From Coleofasciculus chthonoplastes F2-STO-03 (GTDB lineage: Bacteria; Cyanobacteriota; Cyanobacteriia; Cyanobacteriales; Coleofasciculaceae): a DNA stretch of 64,000 bases. Of the stretch, positions 41,002 to 50,785 are shown piece by piece; position 1 is the stretch's first letter, and every line of letters starts with the position of its first letter. A program made the position numbers and the translations under genes. Location: contig JAVJWO010000096.1 of assembly GCA_040222015.1 (NCBI GenBank), positions 19,941 to 83,940 on the forward strand, in the 5' to 3' direction. A model generated the notes under the pieces. It saw only the letters and a list, made by a program, of their open reading frames with translations, was not told where the DNA came from and ran no database searches.

Positions 41002-42903
41002 ATGACTACAACAAAAGACGTATCCCAAAAAATAAATAAAGTGGAAAAAGCCAAAGCCGAGAAAGATGGGCTAGACGTTAAACATGAACTGGAAAGCTTA
41101 ATCGAACTTGGCTGGGAAAACGTTGATAAAACCGACTTAGAACTTCGCCTCAAGTGGTTGGGTGTCTTTTTTCGTCCAGTGACTCCCGGCAAATTCATGT
41201 TGCGCTTACGTGTACCCAATGGTTCTCTGGACAGTGATAAAATGCGGGTTCTCGCCAGTATTGTGCAGCGTTATGGGGATGATGGTAGCGCTGATATTAC
41301 TACTCGCCAAAACATTCAACTACGAGGAGTTCGTTTAGAAGATATTCCCGAAATTTTCCGTCAACTACAATCTGTTAATCTCACCAGTATGCAGTCAGGA
41401 ATGGATAATGTCCGGAATTTAACCGGATCACCCGTGGCTGGAATTGATGCCGATGAAATCATTGACACCCGTGACATGGTGCAAAAATTGCAGGACATGA
41501 TTACCAATAACGGGGAAGGCAATTATGCATTTACTAATTTGCCGCGTAAATTCAATATTGCCATTGAAGGAGGAAGAGATAACTCCATTCACGCGGAAAT
41601 TAATGATATTGCCTTTATCCCTGCCTATCGTGATGGAGAATTAGGCTTTAATGTTTTAGTCGGCGGTTATTTATCCGCACAGCGTTGTGTGGAAGCGATT
41701 CCCTTAAATGCATGGGTTCCGGCAAATGAAGAAGATGTGATTAACTTGAGTGGTGCGATTCTCACCGTTTATACCAAGAATGGATTAAAAGAAGGATTAC
41801 GAAAAAACCGCCAAAAAGCCCGGATGATGTGGTTAATTGATAAATGGGGAGTTGAGAAATTCCGGGCAGAAGTCGAAAAAACATTCGGGCAAGAACTCCT
41901 CCCGGCTGCGCCTGAGGATGAGATTACCCAAGAGAAAAAAGATTACATTGGGGTTTATTCCCAAAAGCAACCAGGATACAGTTATGTTGGCTTACTGGTT
42001 CCCGTGGGGCGCTTGTCAGCCGACACCATGTTTGATTTAGCCCGATTAGCTGATGTTTATGGCAATGGTGAAATTCGCTTAACCGTTGAACAAAATTTAA
42101 TTATTCCCTACATTGCCAATGAAAAACTGGAAGCATTTATGAGTGAACCGTTACTACAACAGTTGCCGATGAATCCTTCGACTCTCACCCGTTCATTGGT
42201 GTCTTGTACCGGGAATCGCTATTGTAATTTTGCCATCATTGAAACCAAGCAACGGGCATTAAAACTGGCGCAAGAACTGGATCAAGAATTAGATATTCCC
42301 CAAAGAGTTCGTATACACTGGACAGGATGTCCAAACTCCTGCGGACAACCTCAGGTTGCCGATATTGGGTTAATGGGTACGAAAGTTCGTAAAGATGGCA
42401 ATCCTGTCGAAGGGGTGAATCTTTATACGGGGGGAAAAGTGGGCAAAGATGCTAAACTCGGAGACGTATTGGAAAAAGGAATTGCTTGCGATGACCTAAA
42501 ACCGATTCTGCGGAATCTATTAATTGAAAACTTTGATGCTAAAGTTAAGGATGGAGTTGTTATAGAACCGGAACCAGAAACTCAGGAGACTGTTCCGGAG
42601 GATACTCAACCTTCATCTGAGACAGAAACCAACGGCGATAAAGCTCAAACCAAGCTATTTTTTGCGGCATCTTGGAAACAGGTTGACGCTAATTCGCAGG
42701 AATTTATCCTGGATACGGCTGAAAGCCAAGGCATTGAAATTGACAATAGTTGTCGTGCTGGTACTTGCGGAACTTGTGCTAAGACGTTATTAAAAGGTCA
42801 AGTGAAGTATGACGAAGAGTATAGTGCATTGGAAGATTTAGAGGAGGGCATGGTTTTGACCTGTTGTGCTGTGCCTGAAGGACAAGTGGTGATTGATGCT
42901 TAA
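41002..42903 (+). CDS. nirA: Ferredoxin-nitrite reductase with fused C-terminal 2Fe-2S ferredoxin domain
   Basis: NLPRKFN, SCTGNRYC, TGCPNSCG; acidic linker, then SCRAGTCGTC...LTCC. Confidence 0.95.
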   Translation: MTTTKDVSQKINKVEKAKAEKDGLDVKHELESLIELGWENVDKTDLELRLKWLGVFFRPVTPGKFMLRLRVPNGSLDSDKMRVLASIVQRYGDDGSADITTRQNIQLRGVRLEDIPEIFRQLQSVNLTSMQSGMDNVRNLTGSPVAGIDADEIIDTRDMVQKLQDMITNNGEGNYAFTNLPRKFNIAIEGGRDNSIHAEINDIAFIPAYRDGELGFNVLVGGYLSAQRCVEAIPLNAWVPANEEDVINLSGAILTVYTKNGLKEGLRKNRQKARMMWLIDKWGVEKFRAEVEKTFGQELLPAAPEDEITQEKKDYIGVYSQKQPGYSYVGLLVPVGRLSADTMFDLARLADVYGNGEIRLTVEQNLIIPYIANEKLEAFMSEPLLQQLPMNPSTLTRSLVSCTGNRYCNFAIIETKQRALKLAQELDQELDIPQRVRIHWTGCPNSCGQPQVADIGLMGTKVRKDGNPVEGVNLYTGGKVGKDAKLGDVLEKGIACDDLKPILRNLLIENFDAKVKDGVVIEPEPETQETVPEDTQPSSETETNGDKAQTKLFFAASWKQVDANSQEFILDTAESQGIEIDNSCRAGTCGTCAKTLLKGQVKYDEEYSALEDLEEGMVLTCCAVPEGQVVIDA

Positions 42904-43085
42904 GGCGTTTGTCTTATGTCATTGGTTTGTCGAATAATTCGGACATTGGATTGGGGCGGGTTTAGTGAAATTCGGGTGAAGTCAAAAAAGATAGTAGTAA
43001 AACCCGCCCCTACATTCGGATAACCCTGTTTCACCCTTCATCCTTGTTTCGCTCTGTCTCCGATTGACTAAATAAGTCAACCAAA

Positions 43086-43529
43086 TTATTTTATTTTTTC
43101 GCCCAAAAATTGATAAGGATTGGTATAATGATTTGAGTCTCCTGAGTACAACTTAAAATACATAACACCTGAGCCTAACCAGAAGACTAAAAAGATTAAC
43201 GTCATCAGGGAACTCCAGGAAAAAAGCTTAGGTTTTCGGCTGGTGGTTAATAATTTATGGGGTAATGGTGAAAGTTCTAACGGTGTACGACTTGGGGGGG
43301 GATTTAGGGCAACTTCAGTGCCTTGGACAGTAATTAATTTCAGCTTATGTAACTCTGTAAGCGCGGCGTAAACTTCGCTCAAGCTAACTGAATGTTCAAG
43401 GAATTCGGCTGTCCAAGCTTGAAAGTCATGCCAATTAAAATTTACTTTCTGATTTGTTCTAGTATGAAACCGAATCCAGTGATAGAGCAAACTCTCGCAG
43501 GGGGAAAGCTTAGTCTTGATCATTACCAA
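43086..43529 (-). CDS. Hypothetical protein with a possible winged-helix-like N-terminus and one C-terminal TM helix
   Basis: ORF with a hydrophobic C-terminal segment; follows the 67-aa ORF. Confidence 0.55.
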   Translation of the reverse strand: MVMIKTKLSPCESLLYHWIRFHTRTNQKVNFNWHDFQAWTAEFLEHSVSLSEVYAALTELHKLKLITVQGTEVALNPPPSRTPLELSPLPHKLLTTSRKPKLFSWSSLMTLIFLVFWLGSGVMYFKLYSGDSNHYTNPYQFLGEKIK

Positions 43530-43621
43530 AACTCCAAATTTTCTATACGTTTGAGCATTGTAGGGAGGTGATATTGGCTGAACAACTTAGCTAGAGGAGG
43601 CTATCCTTTCGCTGGAAGTGG

Positions 43622-43825
43622 CTACAGCACTAGCAGATATTCTCCATGTTCCGGAATCCAAGTCAGCCATTCATGATCCGAGACTTGGGAGAGTATCAAC
43701 GCCTCATAGTGGGCAAATGGATTGGGGAGTTCCTCTAATCTCAGCCACATTCCCGGTTGCAGATAGCGAAAAATTGCACTAGCCGAGAGGTTGGCTGGAG
43801 GGGGTTGCGGTTGTGGATTTTGCAT
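43622..43825 (-). CDS. Small hypothetical protein
   Basis: Protein-like 67-aa ORF (LRLEELPNPFAHYEALILSQ..W.TWIP.HGE) just downstream of two NtcA boxes. Confidence 0.6.
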   Translation of the reverse strand: MQNPQPQPPPANLSASAIFRYLQPGMWLRLEELPNPFAHYEALILSQVSDHEWLTWIPEHGEYLLVL

Positions 43826-43862
43826 ATCTGTGATTGTGCCGTCTGATTCTCGATTCTCTTCT

Positions 43863-43906
43863 TGTATCAGAATATACTAAAATTAAAATCTGTATCAAAT
43901 AATACA
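43863..43906. promoter_or_regulatory. Two tandem NtcA boxes
   Basis: GTA-TCAGAATA-TAC (43864-43877) and GTA-TCAAATAA-TAC (43892-43905). Confidence 0.75.
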
Positions 43907-44047
43907 CAAAATTTAATTTTAGAGCGTTCACTCAATGGCGAAGTCGTTGCATCTTTGTTCAGTATTCACGAACGGTTCTCTGTCAATCTGTTATTGTCCT
44001 CAATTATTGTCGTCATAGTCCCATCGTCCTATTTTTCATCCCCCATT

Positions 44048-45112
44048 ATGAGTATTATTTTCAGAGAACTGCTAAAGAAAGTGGGTAGCGGTAGCCATAC
44101 TCACAAAGATTTAACTCGTGAAGAAGCCGCCAACGCCACAGAAATGATCTTGAATGAAGACGCGACTCCGGCTCAAATTGGGGCATTTTTAATCGCCCAT
44201 CGCATTAAGCGCCCCACGAGTGAGGAACTAGCGGGAATGTTGGATGCGTATGATCAATTAGGTTGCACAATACCCCGGTTATCTGGTGATCCGATAGTCA
44301 CGGTAATGGGAACCCCTTACGACGGGCGATCGCGAACCGCCCCAGTTACTCTATTAACGGCGCTGATGCTGGCGGCTTCAGGGGTTCCTGTTATTCAACA
44401 TGGCGGCGACTGTATGGCAACAAAATATGGCATTCCCCTGGTAGAAATTTGGCAAGGATTGGGCATCGATTTTACCCGATTGAGTCTTACCCAAGTTCAT
44501 CAGGGTTTAGAAATAACTCGCTTTGGGTTTATCTACACCCCTAATCATTTTCCGGCGACTCAACTTTTGGTGAATTATCGGGATCAGATTGGCAAGCGTC
44601 CCCCCTTTGCCACGGTTGAATTAATTTGGCTTCCTTATGCGGGGAATGTGCATCTCGTGGCTGGGTTTGTCCATCCCCCAACGGAAGAATTTATGCAGGG
44701 AACATTAGGATTACGAGGCGTCAAGAATTACACCTTAATTAAGGGGTTAGAGGGAAGTTGTGATTTACCCCGTGAACGGACAGCGATTATTTCGACACAT
44801 AAACCTGGAGACAGCGAACCCTACCAACGCCTGAAACTTCACCCTAGGGAATATGGCTTTGAAGGCAAGGAGGTTCCTCTAGAGTCAAAGGAACAATTAT
44901 GGGCAGAAATTAAGGATGTTTTAGCCGGAAAAGCTTCAGAATTTCAAAAATCCGTGATTTGGAATGGTGGGTTTTATCTCTGGCGTTGTGGGGTTTGTTC
45001 TACGTTAGAAGATGGATTAAGCAAAGCGGAGTCTTTGTTAATCACAGGCGCACTTCAGCGGCAGTTGGCTGAGATTGAGTCTACTGTAAGTAGGTGGACA
45101 CAATTAAAGTGA
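44048..45112 (+). CDS. cnaT: CnaT, anthranilate-phosphoribosyltransferase-like regulator of nitrate assimilation
   Basis: FRELLKKVGSG.HT..DLTR, TPAQIGAFLIAHRIKRP, PYDGRSRT, GFVHPPTE; likely start ATG at 44048. Confidence 0.85.
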   Translation: MSIIFRELLKKVGSGSHTHKDLTREEAANATEMILNEDATPAQIGAFLIAHRIKRPTSEELAGMLDAYDQLGCTIPRLSGDPIVTVMGTPYDGRSRTAPVTLLTALMLAASGVPVIQHGGDCMATKYGIPLVEIWQGLGIDFTRLSLTQVHQGLEITRFGFIYTPNHFPATQLLVNYRDQIGKRPPFATVELIWLPYAGNVHLVAGFVHPPTEEFMQGTLGLRGVKNYTLIKGLEGSCDLPRERTAIISTHKPGDSEPYQRLKLHPREYGFEGKEVPLESKEQLWAEIKDVLAGKASEFQKSVIWNGGFYLWRCGVCSTLEDGLSKAESLLITGALQRQLAEIESTVSRWTQLK

Positions 45113-45318
45113 ACGGTGGAGATTGTCATTCGTCATTCGTCCTTTTTAAATAACTGGGCGGTTGAAACCGCAGCTACACAAACGAAACCCGCCTGCGCGG
45201 GTTTCAAAACCCCTAGTTTTTCTTCATTTCGTCAAGCGAACTTTGTTGGTTTAGCCGCGATTTCCTTTTCAACAGGACTTAAGATAAAAGGGTATTCCAC
45301 AGAACATAATATTACCCA

Positions 45319-46290
45319 TTAACCTCGCCAATCTGCTAACTGAGTCACGAGAAAATAGCGAACATGATCGGTAAACGTAGAACCGAAATCGTTTGTCCCG
45401 TGACCCATACCGGGAACGACATAACAATCACTATTCGGAAATCGCTTGGCACAAGCCTTGGCATCGGCGACATTAACCATGCGATCGCGCTTCCCCACCA
45501 AAAAGCGAATCCGACGATGAGAGTCTACCCGATCCGCATAGGTCATCGGGTTACAAGCTTGACCAAACTCATCGGGATGTTTGAGAGAATTAGCAACTCG
45601 CAAGAGGGGAACGAAACTCTGGAGATCCGGTTGAACTTTACCCAGCAGCACTTCTGCTAACCCACCTAGAGGCGATGCCGCCAATTCTGGCAAAATAAAG
45701 CCCCCCCAGCTTTTGGCAAAGGTTTGCAGGTTAGCGTGACCGATCGCACCCAATAACCGTTCTCCCATTCCGTCTGTGGTAAAGGCGAACGCACTAAACA
45801 AAACGCCCATACTGACGCCAAATAGCGCCAACCGAGGATCAGTCAGATGATAGCGATCGCGACAAAAATTCCGCACTAAGCCAATATCTCGCGCTGTAAC
45901 GCTAAACATCCGCAGCATCAGTTGAGTATCAAAGGAAATACCGCGATCCAGAAGCGGTTTAATTTCAACCTGCGCCACCCCGGAAAACGTCCGCATGAAA
46001 CTGCGTTCACCTGCCAAGGGTGTGTCAAATAATGCCACAGCAATCCCCATTTGGGTCAGCGTTGGCACAATAAAGGCATTCCAGCCATAAGGCGCACACA
46101 TTCCTTGAATACCAATCACCAACGGTGTCTGATCGGCAGGTCGATCCTGTGGCAAAAAGACAGCCACGGGGAAACTACTCAGCCGTTCGTCGATATCGGT
46201 GATTCCGGTAAAGTGAAACGGTTCATGGAACCAATAACGCTGACCCGTAACTCCCTCAAAGGCGATCGGGTCACAACCGTAGACAGGCAT
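45319..46290 (-). CDS. Alpha/beta-hydrolase-fold protein
   Basis: GVSMG nucleophile motif, downstream Asp and GMGHG His. Confidence 0.75.
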   Translation of the reverse strand: MPVYGCDPIAFEGVTGQRYWFHEPFHFTGITDIDERLSSFPVAVFLPQDRPADQTPLVIGIQGMCAPYGWNAFIVPTLTQMGIAVALFDTPLAGERSFMRTFSGVAQVEIKPLLDRGISFDTQLMLRMFSVTARDIGLVRNFCRDRYHLTDPRLALFGVSMGVLFSAFAFTTDGMGERLLGAIGHANLQTFAKSWGGFILPELAASPLGGLAEVLLGKVQPDLQSFVPLLRVANSLKHPDEFGQACNPMTYADRVDSHRRIRFLVGKRDRMVNVADAKACAKRFPNSDCYVVPGMGHGTNDFGSTFTDHVRYFLVTQLADWRG

Positions 46291-46516
46291 AGGCGATTCG
46301 TGTCATTGGGAATTTTAGGGTTCATGGTACATGGTATATGGTTCATGGTTCATAAGTAGTCGGACTGGCATAAAACGGTACTGTATTAAGTGCAAGTAAA
46401 TTGCCCTCAAACCCTTCACCATCAAGTTTGACAACCTGTCTTTTGACTTAAACCGTAGCCCCAACCAAAATAACAGGCATTGTTTACATACGTTGTGTTA
46501 ACGAGGGGTTGATTCA

Positions 46517-47911
46517 GTGAAAAGAGATCACCGTCGATTCAGTTGGGTCATAATGGGAATTATCTGGATGTGTCCGACAAGCGTGAATGCACAAACCTTG
46601 CCAAGGATAAACCAAGAACTATTCTTACCAATTCCCGATACAATCTCACAAACGTGGGAAATTCAATCGGAAACCAAACCAGCGAATGTAGATTTCTCTA
46701 GGGAAATTGATCCGATTATAGATGGACAACAGGCACATTATGATCAATGGGACAAACGTTCATTGACTCCCCAACATGAGCGAGATGCTCAGGTTAACCC
46801 GCTTGGTGTTCTAGACTTGCCGGAAAAAACTTCAGCGGATCTGAGCCATCCCATTTCCTTCGATCAGATATCAACCAGACAATCCACTCCTGAAGTTCTA
46901 ACTCCGCTGCCAATCTTTAATTTAGACGATCAAAACATCCAATTTGCCGATAGCAATAATCAAATAGAACCCTTTCAATGGACTTCAGGACGACCCGATG
47001 GACATGCTCCTATTGGCGTAATGGGTGATCATACCCATAGTGCTGGAGAATGGATGTTCTCCTACCGCTATCGGTTTATGGACATGGACGGTAATCGGGA
47101 GGGTACAGATAACCTCAGCGATGCCGAGGTTTTGCAACAATTTCCCGTGACTCCGGTACGCATGACCATGCAAATGCACGCACTGGGGGTGATGTATGCA
47201 CCAACCAATGACCTGACGTTGATGGCGATGGTACCTTATGTTTTCAAAGAAATGGATCATGTCACTCGTCGCGGCGTGCGCTTTACTACAAATTCAGAAG
47301 GCTTCGGTGATATCAAACTCACAGCACTTTACAAAGTCCTCGATCAAAGCCAACAGCGCTTGCACTTGAATATCGGCATGAGTTTCCCCACAGGCTCAAT
47401 TGAGGAGCGAGACAATACCCCAGCAGGTGATGACCAGATTTTACCCTATCCCATGCAGATCGGTTCTGGCACTTTTGACTTACTACCCGGTATTACTTAC
47501 TTAGGTCAGAGTAACAATTGGTCTTGGGGCAGCCAAGCGATCGCGACGCTGCGCTTGGGTGAAAATAGTAATGATTATCAACTCGGTAATCAACTGATGC
47601 TCACGGGTTGGACGGCTTATAACTGGACAGATTGGCTGAGTACCTCAATTCGTCTCAATGGTCAGACGTGGGGAAATATTGATGGATCTGACTCTCGTCT
47701 GAATCCGATGATGATTCCTACGGCTGATCCAGATAGACGCGGTGGCACCCAGTTAAATTTAGGCTTTGGTGTTAATCTCTATGCTCCTAGTGGTAATCTC
47801 CAGGGAAGTCGGTTGGCGATTGAGTTTGAATTACCTCTTTATCGTTCTCTGGATGGCCCGCAGCTTGAAACGGATTGGCGGTTGACGGCTGGTTTGCAAG
47901 CCGTTTTTTAG
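46517..47911 (+). CDS. Outer-membrane beta-barrel channel-family protein, His/Met-rich
   Basis: Signal peptide; RPDGHAPIGVMGDHTH..GEWMFSYR, LPYPMQIGSGT.D; C-terminal Phe. Confidence 0.75.
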   Translation: MKRDHRRFSWVIMGIIWMCPTSVNAQTLPRINQELFLPIPDTISQTWEIQSETKPANVDFSREIDPIIDGQQAHYDQWDKRSLTPQHERDAQVNPLGVLDLPEKTSADLSHPISFDQISTRQSTPEVLTPLPIFNLDDQNIQFADSNNQIEPFQWTSGRPDGHAPIGVMGDHTHSAGEWMFSYRYRFMDMDGNREGTDNLSDAEVLQQFPVTPVRMTMQMHALGVMYAPTNDLTLMAMVPYVFKEMDHVTRRGVRFTTNSEGFGDIKLTALYKVLDQSQQRLHLNIGMSFPTGSIEERDNTPAGDDQILPYPMQIGSGTFDLLPGITYLGQSNNWSWGSQAIATLRLGENSNDYQLGNQLMLTGWTAYNWTDWLSTSIRLNGQTWGNIDGSDSRLNPMMIPTADPDRRGGTQLNLGFGVNLYAPSGNLQGSRLAIEFELPLYRSLDGPQLETDWRLTAGLQAVF

Positions 47912-47914
47912 GGC

Positions 47915-47957
47915 TAACTCCCTCAAAGGCGATTGGATCACAACCGTAAACAGTCAT
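47915..47957 (-). pseudogene. Remnant 5' end of a second allele of the alpha/beta hydrolase
   Basis: 39/43 nt identical to 46248-46290; encodes MTVYGCDPIAFEGV. Confidence 0.75.
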
Positions 47958-47995
47958 GGGATGCGTATCCTTAACATTCCGTAATTTTTCTTAAC

Positions 47996-49451
47996 TAAAG
48001 AGGGGTTTGGGGAGCTATAAATCTCGCGCCATACATTTCGACTTCGCTCAATGTTGGCGCTGAGATGCCTTCACTCCCCAAGTCAATTGAGTGAGGCTCA
48101 ATGCCTCCGAAATTGACTCTTACCGCAACTTGACACTTACAGTAAAAGGCATTATGATCAGTGTATGCTGAATCTAAACTACACCTATCGAATCTACCCT
48201 GATGCTAAACAAGTCGAGTTGCTCAATGAGTGGCTTGAAACTTGTAGAGGTGTCTACAACTATGCCCTTAGAGAGCTAAAGGACTGGATTGCTTCAAGAA
48301 AGTGTCCTGTGGATAGGTGCAGTAAGGAGTCAGAATACATAATGAGTGCTGATTACCCTTTTCCTGGATATCAGCAACAACAGAATAATTTACCCAAAGC
48401 TAAAAAAAATTACCCTAGGTTGAAGTCAGTACCCTCTCAGGTATTGCAAACAACCATCAGACGGCTGCATGATGCTTGGGACTTCTTCAGGGATCGGGGT
48501 TATGGGTTTCCAAGATTCAAAAAGTATGGGCAAATGAAGTCGATGCTTTTCCCTCAATTTGTAGTCAATCCAATAACCGGATGGCAGATCAAGCTACCCA
48601 AATTGGGAAAAGTTCAGATCAATTTACACCGCCCAATCCCTGATGGGTTTGTAGTTAAGCAGGTTAGGGTAATTAAAAAAGCGGTGGGTTGGTTTACCGT
48701 TATCAGCATTTGTTCTGATATTTCTATCCCTGATGCTGTGCCTCATGGTCACTTTATTGGGGTAGATGTTGGATTGAATAGTTATTTGGCTACCAGTGAT
48801 GGCTTCGTAGAACCGGGGCGCAAATTCTTCAAGAATATGCACCGTAGGCTTAAAGTGCTGCAACGCAGACTATCCAGAAAAGAGAAACGTTCTAGGAACT
48901 ACGAAAAAGCCAGAAGCAAAGTAGAGAAATTACACAACCATATTGCATTCAAGCGAAAAGACTATCAGTACAAGCTAGCCCATAAGCTATGTGATATGGC
49001 GGGAACTATCTTCCTAGAAGACATTGATTTCCGCACCATGGCTAAAGGATTCCTGGGCAAACATACGATTGATGCAGCGTTTGGTCAGTTCAGGGATATC
49101 CTCTATTATGTGGCTAAACAACGCGGTGTTTATGTCGCTGAAGTTGACCACAGAGGCACATCCCAAACTTGTCCAAATTGTCGCATTGAGGTTAGAAAAG
49201 AACTATCTGATAGGTGGCATAGTTGCCCAGAATGCAAATATGAAGTCGATAGGGATATAGCCTCTGCACAGGAGATTTGTAATCGAGGTTATGAGCAACT
49301 AAGTACCCAGGGACTCTGGGGGAAAGAAATTGGCTGTCAAGTCGGGCTGTCGGGGGCATTTTGCCTAGATAAGTGGCGCAGGGCAGCAATGTCTAACAGC
49401 GATGTTGGAAGCCTACATCATAATCTTTGATTTGATGTAGGAGGATGTCAC
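47996..49451 (+). mobile_element. IS200/IS605-family element, TnpB-only
   Basis: Left hairpin CTCGCGCCA...TGGCGCTGAG; right hairpin CCTACATCA...TGATGTAGG followed by GGATGTCAC; left boundary approximate. Confidence 0.8.
48165..49430 (+). CDS. tnpB: RNA-guided endonuclease TnpB
   Basis: YRIYP HTH, GFPRFK, RuvC motifs GVDVG / FLEDI / DRDIASA, zinc finger CPNC...CPEC. Confidence 0.95.
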   Translation: MLNLNYTYRIYPDAKQVELLNEWLETCRGVYNYALRELKDWIASRKCPVDRCSKESEYIMSADYPFPGYQQQQNNLPKAKKNYPRLKSVPSQVLQTTIRRLHDAWDFFRDRGYGFPRFKKYGQMKSMLFPQFVVNPITGWQIKLPKLGKVQINLHRPIPDGFVVKQVRVIKKAVGWFTVISICSDISIPDAVPHGHFIGVDVGLNSYLATSDGFVEPGRKFFKNMHRRLKVLQRRLSRKEKRSRNYEKARSKVEKLHNHIAFKRKDYQYKLAHKLCDMAGTIFLEDIDFRTMAKGFLGKHTIDAAFGQFRDILYYVAKQRGVYVAEVDHRGTSQTCPNCRIEVRKELSDRWHSCPECKYEVDRDIASAQEICNRGYEQLSTQGLWGKEIGCQVGLSGAFCLDKWRRAAMSNSDVGSLHHNL

Positions 49452-49487
49452 ACTAAGAGATAGCATCCTATTTTCCGAATCAAGACT

Positions 49488-50150
49488 ATGCTGCTGCAAT
49501 CCAACCAACGGACGAAACTAGACGATACCGACGATACCCTGTTTTACTCCTTCCCTCGCTTTGTCACCCATGTTGATGCTGGGTTTCTGGATCAACTCAC
49601 TCAACTCTATAGAGAACGCCTGAAACCCCATACTCGCATCCTGGATATGATGAGTAGTCACGTATCCCACTTGCCCGATGACATGGAATTCGCCCATGTT
49701 GAGGCACATGGGATGAATGAACAGGAACTAGCACGCAATCCCCGCTTAAATCATTATTTTGTCCAGGATCTGAATAAAAATCCTCAGTTACCTTTGCCAG
49801 ATCAAGCGTTTGATGCGGTTCTCAACTGTGTCTCGATTCAGTACCTCCAATACCCTGATGCCGTGTTTCAGGAGATTCACCGCATCCTCAAACCTGGTGG
49901 TATCGCCATTATCAGCTTTTCCAATCGTATGTTCTTCCAAAAAGCGATCGCGGCATGGCGAGACGGAACTGAAGCCAGTCGTGTGCAACTTGTCAAGGGT
50001 TATTTTCAATCTGTACCCGGATTTAGTACCCCAGAAGTGATTTCCCGTTCTTCTCCGGTTCCCAGTTTGTTCCAGATGCTAGGCGTTGGCGGGGGTGATC
50101 CTTTCTACGCCGTCATCGCCCAACGTCAAGATAACCAACAGGGAGTTTAA
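49488..50150 (+). CDS. Class I SAM-dependent methyltransferase
   Basis: FYSFPRFVTHVD, ILDMMSS, SFSNRMF. Confidence 0.88.
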   Translation: MLLQSNQRTKLDDTDDTLFYSFPRFVTHVDAGFLDQLTQLYRERLKPHTRILDMMSSHVSHLPDDMEFAHVEAHGMNEQELARNPRLNHYFVQDLNKNPQLPLPDQAFDAVLNCVSIQYLQYPDAVFQEIHRILKPGGIAIISFSNRMFFQKAIAAWRDGTEASRVQLVKGYFQSVPGFSTPEVISRSSPVPSLFQMLGVGGGDPFYAVIAQRQDNQQGV

Positions 50151-50341
50151 CCAGGAGTTATCATAATTTGCCTACCCAGAGGAAAATACTTGACAGATGG
50201 GGGTTCCAGCTTATCAAGATTGTTGGCTTTCATAATGAATACCTCAGCCAGTCATAAAATTGACCTATATGATGCAACAAAACTTGATGTTCAAGATACA
50301 ATAGCCTGTGGTGTGAGTAAGTAAAAATAACTATTTAACGA

Positions 50342-50590
50342 ATGCTAAATCGTTCATCTAGTGTAGTCTGTCCACCCAACCCGAATCGGGAAGCTGCAAC
50401 CGAGAGCGATCGCGGGATGGTAAGCAACACGAGTGACCAACGCCTGATAAAATTAATGAAGTCGATTTACCAGGCTGATCAGCAAGTCAAGTATCTACAT
50501 TTGCAAGCAGAAGTAGATTCACTATTGCAGCAGCTCCAAATCCTCCAAAAACAACGGTTGGCTGCGGCGCAATCCGACGCCAATAATTAA
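50342..50590 (+). CDS. Small coiled-coil hypothetical protein
   Basis: YQADQQVKYLHLQAEVDSLLQQLQ; start uncertain. Confidence 0.6.
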   Translation: MLNRSSSVVCPPNPNREAATESDRGMVSNTSDQRLIKLMKSIYQADQQVKYLHLQAEVDSLLQQLQILQKQRLAAAQSDANN

Positions 50591-50785
50591 GGGGAACAGT
50601 AGTGTTTGATTTGATTCATGCTGTTTTTGCACCCCAGAACTCAGTTTCGGGGTGCTAAGTTTTGTCAACTCTGACGGATAAGCACAAGGAGATACCCTTC
50701 TATCTGCCAGTAATAGACGGCTGGGCATGATTTTTTTTGCCTGATTATTCGCAATTCACCAACATCTCATGTATTAAATTCTTTC

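Noticed and set aside
43862..44047. N-terminal extension of cnaT in the ORF track
   Set aside because: It covers the NtcA boxes and promoter region; family similarity begins at 44048.
45116..45322. 68-aa ORF after cnaT (also 53656-53913, 10051-10254, 9144-9329 and 63502-63702)
   Set aside because: These ORFs are made largely of REP, STRR or MITE sequence.
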